DNA from: Callorhinchus milii
Lineage: Eukaryota
Direction: 5' to 3'
DNA: 64,000 nt
NCBI RefSeq assembly: GCF_018977255.1
Contig: NW_024704742.1
Span: forward strand, 70,248,001-70,312,000
The notes below the pieces were generated by a model that saw only the letters and a program-made list of their open reading frames with translations, was not told where the DNA came from and made no database searches. Of the stretch, positions 13,461 to 26,588 are shown one piece after another (position 1 is the first letter of the stretch; every line of letters begins with the position of its first letter). Position numbers and translations under genes: made by a program.

Positions 13461-15149
13461 GCTGACGCCCTAACAAAATAATGGCTGTATTGTTGGAGGT
13501 GTCGTCCTTCGGAGAAGATATTAAACCAAGGTCTTGTCTGCCTGTTCAGGGCAGTTCATTAAAGCTTCCATGGAACTATTTGAAAAAACCTGGTTGACAT
13601 TTCCCCAAATAAAATTGGTCACTCACTTCATGGCATTTACAGGATATTGATATGCACAAGTTGCAGATTGCAGTGTTCAAAACACACTGCCACACTTTAC
13701 AGTAAATCCTGTGAAGCGCTTTGAGACACCTTGCAGCAGTGTGTCAGAGCACTAGACAATATTATAAGTCGCTATATCAACTACAATGATTTATCATTAT
13801 GATTGATATTTGCACGCATCATCCACTAATCTGCTCTCATCCCCCATCACAGCAGCATCAAGCTGCGTTTTAAATGAATCCCAATGTCCTGGCCTCAACC
13901 ACCCTTCCTGATAATCCTGTTCCAGTCTTCAATTACCCTGAGTAAAGAAAAAGCGTCCTCACGTCTGTCCTAAAATTGCCTTTTATAACTCTAAACCTGT
14001 GTCTTCTTGTTCTACAAGGTGTTCACAAAGTCCTGTAAACCATTTTGCTTTTTTTAAAAATATGAATTATTTTCTGTTGCAGATGAAGTCAGGTGTAACA
14101 ATTTACCACCAGTAACTTCCTCCTCACTCTCTCCATGTTACAGATGTTGCACTGAACATGGCAACAGATCATTATCTGTCATAAAAATAATAGGGCTCAC
14201 ACACACCAACCCTCTGGACGTCTAAATACAGCTAAACACTTGTACTGAATACAATGAAGTGCTTCTGAATACAATTATCATCATTCTTCCATATTTCAGT
14301 TGTTGGTCAGTGCCCTGTAGTAAATATGGGGGTAACAGGACTTTATGAACACTCTGTACAGCCTTGACACTTTTCTAGGTGTTATATTGAATTGCTTTCC
14401 GGGGGTCATAATCCCTCTAAAAAAAATTATTTGGTCACTCAATCCACAACTGTTTGTGGGACACTGCTCTGCAATTGGCTGCCGCATTGCGCCCACAAAA
14501 TATAGTCAATTCACTTTTCAACATATTCTGTGAAGTGCTTTGAGACGTTTCGAAAATGTGAAAAGGCGCTGTATCAAATGCAAGAATTATTATTATATAA
14601 CAAGGGCAAGACATATGCTGATTATTGTTTTCAGCTCAGACCGTGTCGCTCCAGTGGGAGTGGAGTTCAGATTGATTAGAGCTTGTGTTAATCACAGAAA
14701 CATAACCCTCGCATATCAGGGTTCATTGCTCACCAGTCACAGTTCATCAGCCTTCCTGGGCAGGACGGGCCTATCGTGCAGTATCGTAGCGTAGTGGAGG
14801 ACCTGGGTTTGATAGGCTGCCGCGTTTCTCCCACAAAATATTCAGTCAATTCACTTTACAGTATATTCTGTGAAGCGCCTTGAGATGTCTCAACGACGTG
14901 AAAAGGCACTATATCAAATGCAATGATTACTATTATTACGAGCGGGCTCCCTTGTGCAGCCACAACATCAACAGGCATTTATTTGGTTGTCGCTGCACCA
15001 CATACACCCAACCCCTCCATGAACACACCAACACACGAATGAATAAAGCAACCTAAAATCTTGGGAATACTTTGCAAATATATTTAAAATCAACACCAGC
15101 AGAATTTCTGCCACAGCGGCTTCCTGATGTTAAATAACAGTCAGTGTCC

Positions 15150-17945
15150 TATTGACAACAATAATAATAATTTTATTCCAGTCTCGCACCAAGTTTTCTT
15201 ATTTGTTTTTTTTTAGAAAAAAANTTCTGTCATTACAAACTTATTCGATCTGTACCTGTACTTACAAGAATAATTTCATCCAGGATTTTAAATTATTATT
15301 CATAATTATTATTATAGGGGAAAAGGAGTGACACAAAAATTCCCCCTCACAAAGAATAAAATCAATAAATATAGCAGCAACACCCTAATTTCTATTATAC
15401 CCACAAAAATCACAAGTTTTACAGTTTGTACAATTTGTACTGGTGCATGATCACAAAAGGAGGAAATACCCATTCTTTTAAAAAAAAGTTAATAGTGTGT
15501 GCAAAGCAACTGTGCAATGTTGGAGCTTCCTCCCTTCTCTCTTCTCTCTCCCCCTCCTTTCTCCTTCCACACAACACTCCTTCCCGTTAAGTAAAATTAT
15601 TCGCTTTCACTTGCGAGATGTTCCCACGTCTCAATCAAATGAGAAAGTATTTTTGGCCGGAGTGCATGTCCGGGCAGTTAACTAAAACAAGACTCCCCAT
15701 GAGGAAGGCAGGCAAAATAGGCTGTGCAATATTGGAACATAACGTGGGGGGGGGGGTCTGACTTCAAGGTAGTCACTGATGTCACTTATTGCGCATTGTG
15801 CGCAAGGCGTCCTCCTGACGTCACTTCCTTTGTGAAGCGCACAGGAAGTGACGAGCGCAGGTCACCAATAGGCAATTTTGAGTGCACAGAATTAAAAAAA
15901 AAATGCTGTCAAGAATGGGATCTGTAATGTCCAGGAAACCCGTCTTTCCCCCCCTCCCCCTCTTTGAAAAGTGTCAAGTTTGATTGTAAAATTAAAAGCT
16001 ATGGTTGATCCTCACCTCAAGTTGGCACCTAAGTCATGAAACCAGCTCACTATTTCAGGCCATTTTTTTTCAAGGTCTTTCCCCCTCCAAATCCGGGGCT
16101 AATCTACTAACTGACCTTGTCACAGGGCAGCACAGTTTTTACTGGGGGAAATTTCTCATCGAAACGTGCGGAAAAAATGGTTGACTTCAGGATTTGTCTC
16201 TGACGTCACTTCCTTGGAGTGCCCCCAATGTCACTTCCTTTGTGAAGCGCACAGAAAGTGGCAAGCGGGCAAACAATAGTGCAATCTTTTGCCTTTATGA
16301 AGTATCTTCATGATTCAATCCCTTCAAGCTATTACGCTGCAATTTTTTCTTTGCTTAAGGAAAAAAAATGCAAAATATTAGATCAAAAGTTGGCACATAA
16401 ATTAAAAGTTCTGCAATTCTACAAGACGGGGTGGAAGGAGCAAGGCCATGGAGGGCTTTGAAAGCGAGGATGAGGATTTTGAACTATCCTCTGGGGGATA
16501 GGGAGCCAGTGGTGACGGGCAAGGATGGGGGTGATAGGTCAGAGCCTGATGCTGGAGAGGACACGCACTATGCAGAACAATTTACACATGTGTAGACAGT
16601 GCTCTTCGTGTTGAGACTCTGAGCAAGGAATAATGTTATGTTCTTTTAAAATATCCCTTATTCAAATTGTTGTAATAAAATGTTCGGAAATTCCTTTCAA
16701 CAAGTGGTAGGAGGCATTGCAGGAGTTCCGATGTCTCATTGTAACGCTGAAGGCGTTGTGGATTGAAACTTGAATGAAACGTGTGGGGGGTGGGCGGTTC
16801 ACCCATTCAGCGTTGCCTATACTCGTCAAAGTATACAACACGCAAAGTAAAACCACCCCACGGTAGCCACAACATTCTCAATCAGAGAGAGAGAGAGAGA
16901 AAAGATAAAGAGAGAAGAGAGAGGAGAGAAAGAGAGAAGAGGGGAAAAACATTGTCATAAACTGCAGTCAGTAGTGTAAACACAATCTTATCCTGATGGG
17001 CTGCATTCCAGGAATCAACTTTGCTCAATTAGCAAAAAAAGTGCAGTGTAGATTCACTGGGAGATTATGGTGGGGGTTTTGTTTAGAATTTGAGATTGGA
17101 TTTAAGACGTCTTCCCCCCCACCCACACACACAGACACACAGAGTTGAGAGGTTTCCCTTGGAGTTGACTTTGATTCTATGAAGGTGGTAGAGGCAGAGT
17201 TCATTGTGGGTTTCAATAGGGAAGTAGACAGGTACATGAAGCATAACAACTTGAAGGGATGTGGGGATAGGGCAGTGGGATTGAATGAACACCTCACTCT
17301 CAGATTTCCCCTGCTATTCGGCAGACGTACTTTCAGACACACATTGGAAAGTTCTGAGATGTTGCACTCCATGGTTTGTACCAAAATCTCTTAACTCCTG
17401 GGTGGGTGGTGGGACTGCGGGGGTGGTGGCATTGACTGCTTCATCTCAATGATTCCTGGTCACCTTTCAAGAGCATCCAGGTTGCACCAGCTCCCGCACC
17501 ATTGCCCTGTGGTGTCAGATGCTGTGGATTACTGCTTCCCTTCATTTCACATCACAATCAGCGGCTCCCGTCCCCGTCCTACCAGCCCAAACATCCAAAC
17601 CCACTCCGAAAGGTGAATGGTGAACAGAAAACAGCACATTAACTCACATCACACAGTCAACTTCCACCAGCCTTCCTCCTCCTCCCCACACAACTTCCCA
17701 TGTCTTTCCTGGGGCCATTTTCTGAAACTAAATCACAGGCAAAGACAGGCGGAGGGTTAAGTGGAGGGTTAAACTGGATTAAAGCCCAATTTGGTTTTTA
17801 TGCCTATTTCCCCATAGGGCTGAGCTCTTCAGGATACGATGGAGTGAATTGCCATCACGAACATGTAATTAATATATAATGTCATATGTATAGGATAGGT
17901 GTGAGGAGCCAGAAGTCTGTCTGCACTTCTCTCCCATCCTCTCTC
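15150..17945 (-). other. Probable long 3'UTR, poly(A) signal AATAAA at 15172-15177 (minus)
   Basis: Largely repeat-poor. The distal part is U-rich on the minus strand. This is the first canonical minus-strand AATAAA I found downstream of the stop. Confidence 0.5.
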
Positions 17946-18138
17946 TCACTGAAGCAGACATAGCTCCTCATTTTCACCCTCCTCTGTGTTTTCTTCCTCT
18001 TCCTTCGCTCTTTCCTCTGCCTCACTCTCCGCTGGCCTTTCCCCACCCGTCACTCTGTCTCGAAGCTCCGCCAGTAGGTCTCGGCTCTCGCTGGCTGGCA
18101 GGTTGCTCAGGTAGTACTGCGGCGCAAACTCGATCAGC
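17946..18138 (-). CDS. DQX1: Last coding exon (LIEFAPQYYLSNLP...EELCLLQ*)
   Basis: Acceptor tctcccag|, TGA at 17946-17948, ends in CaaX-like CLLQ. Confidence 0.93.
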
Positions 18139-18189
18139 CTGGGAGATGCCACAAACGCAAAGGCACAAGTTAACAAGGGATTAACGCAG

Positions 18190-18958
18190 CTGGACAGTTG
18201 GGTCGGTCAGGACCCGAGCAGGGGGGAAATGGTCAGGGTGAGGGGAGGGAAGGGAGGGAGCGAGGAGGGGGTAGAGAGCCGAGAGGGGAACTGAAGGCAC
18301 GATCGAAGAGAAAGGTCTTGAGACCGGCCTTGAAGAGGAAAGGGAGGAGGCGGCGAAGGCACTGGGGGATAGAGTTCCAGAGCCTAGGGGCTGAGAGGCT
18401 GAAGGCCCGGCCACCGATGGTAGGGCGGTTGGGGCGGGGGATGTGGAGCAGACCGGAGCCAGAGGAACGGAGGGTACGGGCAGGTAGGTAGGGGGATAGT
18501 AGGTCGGAGAGGTAGAAGGGAGTGAGGCCGTGAATGGCCTTGTAGGTGAGGGTGAGGATCTTGAATTCGATCCTCTGGGGATGGGGAGCCAGTGGAGGGG
18601 AGCGAGGGTGGGAGTGATGTGGTCGCGGTGTCTGGTGCGGGACAGTATACGAGCTGCAGAGTTCTGAATGACCTGCAGTGTGGAGGGAGGTGCCGGGAAG
18701 GCCGGCGAGGAGAGAGTTCCCATAGTCCAGCCTTGAGGTGATAAAGGCGTGGATCAGAGTTTCAGCAGCGTGAGGGGTGAGGTAGTGCCGTAGTCTGGCG
18801 ATGTTTCGGAGGTGATGGAAGGCGGTGCCAGTTGTGGCGCGGATATGAGGAAGAAAGGACAGCTCAGGGTCGAACAGAACACAGAGGTTCCTGACCGGCT
18901 TTGAGAGGTGGAAAGTGCAGCCTTGGATGCTGATGCTTTGAAGGAGGCAAAGGAGGGC
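18190..18958 (-). mobile_element. Young L2 3' fragment lacking its terminal tail, ~50 nt from the last acceptor
   Basis: ORF 18233-18970 encodes the L2 ORF2 C-terminus ([23 protein letters not shown]). Confidence 0.88.
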
Positions 18959-19117
18959 CTTGTACCACATGGCGTGTGATTCCCAAATGAGATCTTGTGG
19001 CTGTTAATGCTAAAGCATCCAGTGTTAGCAACTGACTCATGTTAATACATGCCTTACAAGAGAATGCCTCAAAATGCTTCACACAGATGCCTAAGGGCCT
19101 GTGTCACATCCCACACA

Positions 19118-22100
19118 TCAACAACAACAACTTGGATTTATATAGCACCATCCACGCCGGACGGCGCCTCAGAGCGCTTCACAGTAACGGATCCCGGGGC
19201 CAAGCCAGGGGGAGGGGGAGGAAGGTGACCAAAGGCGCAGTCGAAAAGAAAGGTCTTCAGCCGAGACCTGAAAATAGGAAGAGAGGGGTCGAGGTGAAGG
19301 GAGTTCCAGAGTCTCGGGGCATAGTGGCTGAAGGCACGGCCGCCGAGGGTGGAGCGGAGGACTCGGGGGACGAGGAAGTGGCCAGACCCGGTGGAACGAA
19401 GGCAACGGGCACTGTTTTGAGGAGAGAGGAGGTCAGAGAGGTAGGGTGGTACAGAGGAATGGAGGGATTTGAAGACAAGGGTGAGGATCTTGAAGTCAAT
19501 TCAGTCTGGCAAGGATTGGGGTAATCGGGGAGCAGAGTTTCGTGCGGGTAAGAACGCGGCCGGCAGAGTTTTGTATAATCTGGATTTTATGGATGATATT
19601 GGAGGGAAGGCTGGCGAGGAGGGAGTTTGAATAGTCCAGCCGAGAGGTGGCAAAAGCATGGACCAGGGTTTTAGTGATCCATTGGAGGTGGAAGAAAGCG
19701 GTGCTGGTGAGGGACCGGATGTGGGAAAGGAAGGATAATTGGGGGTCGAACCTGACGCCCAGGTTGCGTACGGGTTCGGAGAGTTTTAGGGGGAGGTCGG
19801 GTAGGTGGAGGAGGTGAGAACCATGAGATTTTAGACGTTGACGAGAGCCGAAGAGTATGGCTTCCGTCTTATCAACGTTCAGCTGAAGGAAATTTGCGCT
19901 CATCCAGCTCTTGAGGTCTGACAGGCAGGCTGACAGAACATCAGGGGACTGGGGGTCGCAAAGAGAGGCAGAAAAATAGAGTTGGGTGTCGTCCGCGTAC
20001 ATGTGGAAGTGTTACCCCATGTCTGCGGATGACATCCCCAAGAGGGAGCATATAGATCAGAAAGAGGAGGGGGCCAAGGATGGATCCTTGGGGTACCCCG
20101 CAAGTGACCGGGTGAGAGCGGGAGGAAAAGCCGTTTGTGAGATGTACTGCTGGCGGTTTGTGAGGTAGGACTCGAACCAGGCGAGTGCGGTCCCACTGAG
20201 GTGGATGATGGAGGAAAGGCGGTGGAGGAGGATGGCGTGATCGACTGTGTCGAATGCAGTGGAAAGGTCCAGGAGGACAAGGAGGCAGAGGGAGCCCTGG
20301 TCACAGATAGAGAGGATGTCGTTTGTGACTTTCACAGGCGCAGTCTCTGTATTGTGGGCAGAGCGGAAACCGGATTGGAGGGGTTCGAAGACGGAGTGGG
20401 GGGAGATGTGTGCGCATTGATTTGCAACAACATGCTCTAGGACCTTTGCGAGGAAGGGCAGGTTTAGAGATAGGGCGGTAGTGGTTGGGTTTGAGGTATC
20501 TAGGGAAGGTTTGAGGAGGGGGGTGATGACAGCAGTTTTGAGGGGGGGCAGTGACTGATCCAGAGGAGAGGGACTGGTTGATGACATCAGCCAGTAGTGG
20601 GCAGAGGAGGGGGAGCTGGGTGACCAGCAAGTTGGTGGGGAGGGGGTCGAGGCGGCAGGTGGTGGGTTTCATAGAGGTGATGGTGGGTGAGAAGGAGGAA
20701 GGAGAGATGGGGAGGAAGGAATATAGGATGGGGGTCGAGGTAGGAGCTGATGATGGGGAGGATGAGGGGGATGGAGAGGGGGTGGTGGCGGGTGACAAGA
20801 GGCAGGAGGATGAGGCTGCCTGGCGGATATTGTGTATTTTGGATGAAAAGAAGTCCATGACCTCCTTGCACTTGGCATTTGATATGACGATTGAGGAGGT
20901 CTGAGGGTGGGCACAGATGAGGTGATGGAAAAAAAGGATTTTAGGATTGTTTTTAGACTCCAAGATGATGTTGGAGTAGAAGGCAGTTTTTGCTCGTGTC
21001 AAAGAATGGTGATAGCTGTGGAGATGCTCGAGCCACAGTTGGCGGTGAACTGTCAGGCAAGTTTTCTGCCATCTGCGCTCGAGCAGCCGGGTTTGAGTTT
21101 TTAGGTAGTGGAGATGGTTGTTGTACCAGGGGGATCGGGTGGGTTTGGAGATTGTCCTGAATTTCAGGGGGACGAGGGAGTTGAAGGTGGAGGAGAGGCG
21201 ATCATCAGGATCTCCGTGGGTGGAAAGCCAGAGGGATAGGATATTTGATGATGTGAGGGCCTTTGTGAGGGTCTCAGGGGGTAGCCTTTTCCATGGGCGG
21301 TAGAGAATAGTTGAGGGCTTGGTGGAGGAGGGAGGGCGATTTGAGAGGAGAAGGAGATGAGGAAGTGATCCGAGATGGCCTTGTCCACTATGCTGAGGTC
21401 GGAAATGTCAAGGCCGTGGGTGATAATGAGGTCGAGGGCATGGCCATGGTTGTGGGTCGGTGAATTTATGTGAAAGGTGAGGTTTAGGGAGGAGAGGAGG
21501 GCAGTGAAGTCAGAAGAGGTGGTGCAAGGGGAGCTTAGGTGGAGGTTGAAATCGGCCATTATGAGCCGGCGTTTAGGAGCAGAGGGAAAGGGAGGAGAGA
21601 AGAGTAGAGATGTCTGTGTGGAAGGAGCTATGGGGCTTTGGGGGGGCGGTAAACCAGGAGGATTTTCAGTGGGAAAGAGGGATGGAAGAGGGTGAGGTGC
21701 TCGAAGGAGGGGAAGCAGCCAGAGGAGTAGGGGGCAAGACCAAGGGAGGCTTTGGAGATGAGGGCCACCCCACTGCCATGTTGGTTTGGACGGGGGTTGT
21801 GGTGGAAGGAGTAGCCTGCAGCGGAGGCTTCAACTAGGGGATGGGGACAGTGGGGGAGAGCCAGGTTTCTGTGCGCCCAAGAATGTCAAGGTGCTCGTCC
21901 AGAATGAGGTCATGGATGGTGAGGGCTTTGTTTGAGAGGGTACGGACATTTTGGAGGGAAATGCAGGTGGGTTTGCTGGAGGGAGGAGAGGGAGGAGAGA
22001 GTGATGCGGAGAGGATTTTTGTGTGTACAGGAAAGATGGCTGTGGAGTGCGGGGGGAGTGGAGACCTGGGGAGGGTACGTATGAGGGAAGGGAAAGTTGT

Positions 22101-22400
22101 GTTTGCCTTAAGGAGGCGGTTTGTGTGGAGAGAGTGAATGATGGGACACGTGGGGTTGCTGTTCTGGGACAGTCAGTGCCTGGAGCCATGATGGGCCCAG
22201 CAGAGGATGCCCAGGCTGGAGCAGAGGGAAGTGGTGATGGGGTCCAGGAGAGAGAGAAGGCGGGGAGGGCGATGGGAATGAAGGACAGAGGGAGAATAGC
22301 AGATAGAGGTGGGCGGGAGGAGAAAAATTTAGAGTGGAGGGGGAGGCTCGGGTCGGGGCGATAGCCAAAACGCGCACCAGAGACCGGGAGTGAGCGATCA
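19118..22400 (-). mobile_element. L2-clade LINE, long copy with disrupted ORF2 (APE endonuclease + RT) and (TTG)n tail
   Basis: Endonuclease motifs TETWL, DFNLH, HALDLI, SDHFLI. RT motifs [34 protein letters not shown]. Multiple frameshifts. Tail reads aacaacaac at ~19120 on plus. Confidence 0.9.
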
Positions 22401-23738
22401 GCAGGACAGCATCAGCCCGCAGGCTGTGTGGTCATGGCTGCGATGGCAGTGACAGGGGCTGCCAGGCCACTGTTGTTGTTGCTATTTTTTTTAAATCATT
22501 TTTAACATCACTGAGATGCCTCTAAGTGCTTCACAGAATATACAACAAAGGGGATTGACTGAGCATTTTGTGGGTGAACCACGGCAGCCAATTGCAGTCC
22601 ACAGCAGTGTCCCACAGATGGTGGTGCACTAAGTGACCAAATTTTTTTGTGTGTAATTGGAAGTTTTTGTTGGAAGCAGATAGGGTGGGGATTCCGCAAC
22701 AACAACGTGCATTTATATAGCGCTCTTCATGCTGGGTAGTGTTTCAGAGCGCTTCACATCAGGACAAGGGGCAAAAGGCCGTCTTCATCCACACCTCTCT
22801 GGCGAGTGTACGTAAATTGACAAAAATTACACTGGAAAATTCCCCGCTAGGTATTTTCTACAGAGAAATGTTTGTTTGTGCAAATGTATTGCTGTTTTAT
22901 GACTAATTTTCCCCTGGGGAATGAAGCATGGGAACATTTGCACATCGGGTTTGCTTTCAGTACTAACGTTTTTGAGAAACTTTTGCAGAGCCCACAACCG
23001 GAGGGTGGGCAGGGAGACGGAAAGGATGTAAAATTTTTTAACCTCACACTGAACTCCATAGCCCCATCACACCAATCTTCGCCAGGCTCCAATGGTTCCC
23101 TATCACAGATTTCGAGATCCTCTCACTTGTCTACAAATCCCTACACTCCCTGGCACCTACTTCTCTGACCTGCTAATTCCCCATTCCACTAACTGTCAGC
23201 TCCCGATCGACAGGCTCCAGACACCTGCTTGTACCTTGGGCCCTCCATTCCACCATCGGCAGCTGCACTTTCAGCCACTACACTTCCCTCAAGAAAAAAT
23301 AAAAATAATAATTTGGTCACTCAATCCACGACTGTTTGTGGGACACTACTGTGCCCAATTGGCTGCCAAGTTTCGCCCACAAAATATACAGTCAATTCAC
23401 TTTACAGTATATTCTGTGCAGCGCTTTGTGACATCTAAAGGACGTGAAAAGCGTTATATCAAATGCAAAAATTATTATTATACCCCGAAACTCTGGAACA
23501 ATTTTCTTCAATCCCTCCACCTCGCCCCTTCCAAATTTCTTAGTCAATCCACCTCTGACAAGCGCTCTGAGACACTACTATGTCTGTGGGGCGCTATACA
23601 AATGTAAGTTGTTGTTGGTCTTGAGCACCCCTGAATTGTACAGCATTTGAGAGTAGGGAGAAAAGAAATGAGAAAGAAGAGAATGAGAGAAAGGACACAG
23701 TGATGCTGATAACCTGAAGTGTTCCGAGGCAGCCTTAC

Positions 23739-23929
23739 ATTTCGGGGTGAATCTCGGAGACCACGCTGATGCAGTTGTCCTGGGAGACGGTGAACTCGTG
23801 ATACAGGACCCAAGAGGGGGGCCGGGGCAGAGGCTTCTTGGTCAGGTAACAGGAGAACGGGTGCAGGTGAGCCACGTGCCTGTGGTTCAGCATCAGGTAG
23901 TTACCGGAGCCATCCACGTCTCTCGCCAC
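23739..23929 (-). CDS. DQX1: Coding exon 10 ([14 protein letters not shown]...SEIHPE; OB-fold)
   Basis: Acceptor atctag|, donor AT|gtaagg, 191 nt. Confidence 0.93.
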
Positions 23930-24659
23930 CTAGATCCCAGCGGGGCAGCAAACGAGAGAGAGAAAGAAAGAGCAAACCAGATTGTGGACGCCCTCACTGT
24001 CAAAGACTGGCTGGTCACAAGCACATCAGAATGAGTTTGCAAGCGAAGCGACACTTTCACACACAACATTTATAATGTAGGCATCGAGGGTGGGGTGGAA
24101 GGGGGTTCACAGTGCAGATGTCAGCCCGGCTCAGTCAATAGCATTCTTGCCTCTGAGCCAGAACCTTCTGGGTCAAGTTCCCATGTCAGGAACTTTTAAA
24201 TCCCAATCCTGGCTGACAGTCTAAAGATTAATAATAATCCTTGCATTTGATGTAGTTCCTTAACACGATGTTGAGAACATTGTGATAGAACATTCTGTAA
24301 AATGGATTGACTGTATATTTTGTAGGCGAAACGCAGCAGCCAATTGCACTCAGCAGTGTCCCACAAACAATGGTGGATTGTAGGGAAACCCCAATGCAGG
24401 GGAGGAAGGGGAGGGCTGCATTATCATAGGCGCATACACCAGGAGAAACTCCATTTGCTTCTCGAGTGGTGTCGCGGGATCTTTTAACATCCACCTGAAC
24501 AGCCAGACCGGACCTCAGTTTAATGTCTCGTCCCACAGGAGTTGACCGTAACCAAGAAGCAGTCACCAAGGATATTCCTTCCTCTTTAGGTTCCGTAAGA
24601 AATACTGGGGTCAGCGCGCTTTATGGTCCAGAGGTGAACCGAGGGAGTGCTTTATAGAA

Positions 24660-24962
24660 TCTTCACAGCACAGAAGGAGGCCATTCGGCCCCTCGTGCCT
24701 GTGCTAGTTCCTTAAAAGAGCTATCCATATCCAAGATCATAATAACTTTCTGGGTAAAAAAAATCTGGTATCCCCACTGTTTTTTTTGTGAATTATCTTA
24801 AATCTATGTCCTCTGGTTACTGACCCACCCACCAGAGGAAACAGTTTCTCTCTATCTACTCTATCAAAACCCCTCATAATTTTGAATACCTCTCTCAAAT
24901 CTCCACTCAACCTTCTCTGCTCTAAGGAGAATAATCCCAGTTTCTCTAGTCTCTCCCTCATC
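24660..24962 (-). mobile_element. CR1 LINE 3' fragment
   Basis: LGLFSLEQRRLSGDL.EVFKIMRG..TRGH peptide. Confidence 0.8.
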
Positions 24963-24995
24963 TCTGGTATCCCACATGGCTATGTGGTCACGAAC

Positions 24996-25186
24996 CTTGA
25001 GAAAATATCCAGAGATCAGAGCTCGCTTCACATTGAGCACATTGTGCTCTAGCCCGAAGTTCGCTGGGGAGACAGGAAGCTCGATCCGCTGCATTATTTC
25101 CAGCAGTTCACAACGCACAATCTCTGCCAGTGTCAGGGCTGAGTAACTCAGGTAATTCTTCACACACCAGTTTTCATCTTCGTGAT
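24996..25186 (-). CDS. DQX1: Coding exon 9 (HEDENWC...ALISGYFLK)
   Basis: Acceptor ctttcag|, donor AAG|gttcgt, 191 nt. Confidence 0.92.
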
Positions 25187-25255
25187 CTGAAAGCACGTCG
25201 CACAGCAATCACATGCCGGTTCAGTTTCTTCCTCCCTCCCAGCAACACACCATTT

Positions 25256-25797
25256 CAACAACAACAACAAGATTCCATTTATAGAGCGCCATTCACATCG
25301 GGAGGACGTCCCAAGGCGCTGTACAGTTGGGTCAGGACCCGAGCAGGGGGGAAATGGTCAGGGTGAGGGGAGGGAAGGGAGGGAGCGAGGAGGGGGTAGA
25401 GAGTCGAGAGGGGAGCTGAAGGTACGGTCAAAGAGAAAGGTCTTGAGACCGGCCTTGAAGGAGGAAAGGGAGGAGGCGGCGAAGGCACTGGGGGATGGAG
25501 TTCCAGAGCCTCGGGGCTGAGAGGCTGAAGGCCCGGCCACCGATGGTAGGGCGGTTGGGGCGGGGGATGTGGAGCAGACCGGAGCCAGAGGAACGGAGGG
25601 TACGGGCAGGTAGGTAGGGGGATAGTAGGTCGGAGAGGTAGGAGGGAGGAAGGCCGTGAATGGCCTTGTAGGTGAGGATGAGGATCTTGAAATCGATCCT
25701 CTGGGAGATGGGGAGCCAGTGGAGGCGAGCGAGGGTGGGAGTGATGTGGTCGCGAAGCCTGGTGCGGGACAGTACACGAGCTGCAGAGTTCTGAATG
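25256..25797 (-). mobile_element. Young L2 3' fragment
   Basis: Same subfamily sequence with [11 protein letters not shown] peptide and (TTG)n tail. Confidence 0.88.
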
Positions 25798-26462
25798 AAT
25801 TTCCCCCCGGTATACTGGTTCCAATCTACCTCACATCGGTTCTGCTTCCCCCCCACTCCCCCTCCAGTTCTGTTCCACATACACACCCCGGTTCCGTACC
25901 TATCCCAGTTGCCCCTCTTCGTCAAAAGGTTTTGGGTTCAAGCCCCACATGGGATTCTGAACACAGTGCCAATGCAGTATTGGGATTTTTAAGCCAGTGA
26001 GGAATTTCACGAAACTAAAATAATAATCCTTGCATTTGATATAGCGCCTTATCATATCATTGACATGTGTTTCACAGAATATATTGTAGTCTGAATTGAC
26101 TGTATATTTTGTAGGCGAAACATGGCAACCAATTACAACACAGCAGAGTTCCACAAACAATCATGGATTGAGTGACCACATTTTTTTGAGGGATTATTAT
26201 CCCCAGAAAGAGATCCGCCAAGCGACTAATAACCGGGTTCCCACTTACTGCTAGGCAAACAAAGACCCATGGAGTAAGTAAACCTGCCTAAGGTTTCACC
26301 CTGCCCGGGAATCGTTAGTCAGATAGAGAGGGCATGAGACAGAAGAGAAGAGGAAGGGAGTTCCAGAGGTTAGTCGAGTAGTGGGCTTGGCCATTGATGG
26401 TGGTTCGGAGAAGGTGGGGGGGCTCGCACAGCAGACCCAAAGTTGAGACTTTCAGCACTCAC

Positions 26463-26588
26463 GCTGTTTGAATGCATTGAACACGTTGATGAGAGTAAAA
26501 TGGTCGCCCTCGGCATGAAGCAGAATTCTCCTGTGCACAGCAGCTGCCTCCTCCTGATGTTTGGAGAGCGTCACAAAACATGGCGACG
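26463..26588 (-). CDS. DQX1: Coding exon 8 (SPCFVTL...EGDHFTLINVFNAFKQ)
   Basis: Read manually. Acceptor tccctag|, donor C|gtgagt, 126 nt, GDHFTL signature. Confidence 0.92.

Noticed and set aside
15355..15369. Plus-strand AATAAA pair as the end of a convergent gene
   Set aside because: No plus-strand exons were found upstream in the window, and the A-rich context is explained by the U-rich minus-strand 3'UTR.
19118..22400. Active autonomous L2
   Set aside because: ORF2 is broken by several frameshifts and deletions, and no intact ORF1 was seen.
23092..23607. 171-aa ORF and many similar '[12 protein letters not shown]...KCKDYYY' ORFs
   Set aside because: Chance open frames through SINE and L2 copies.
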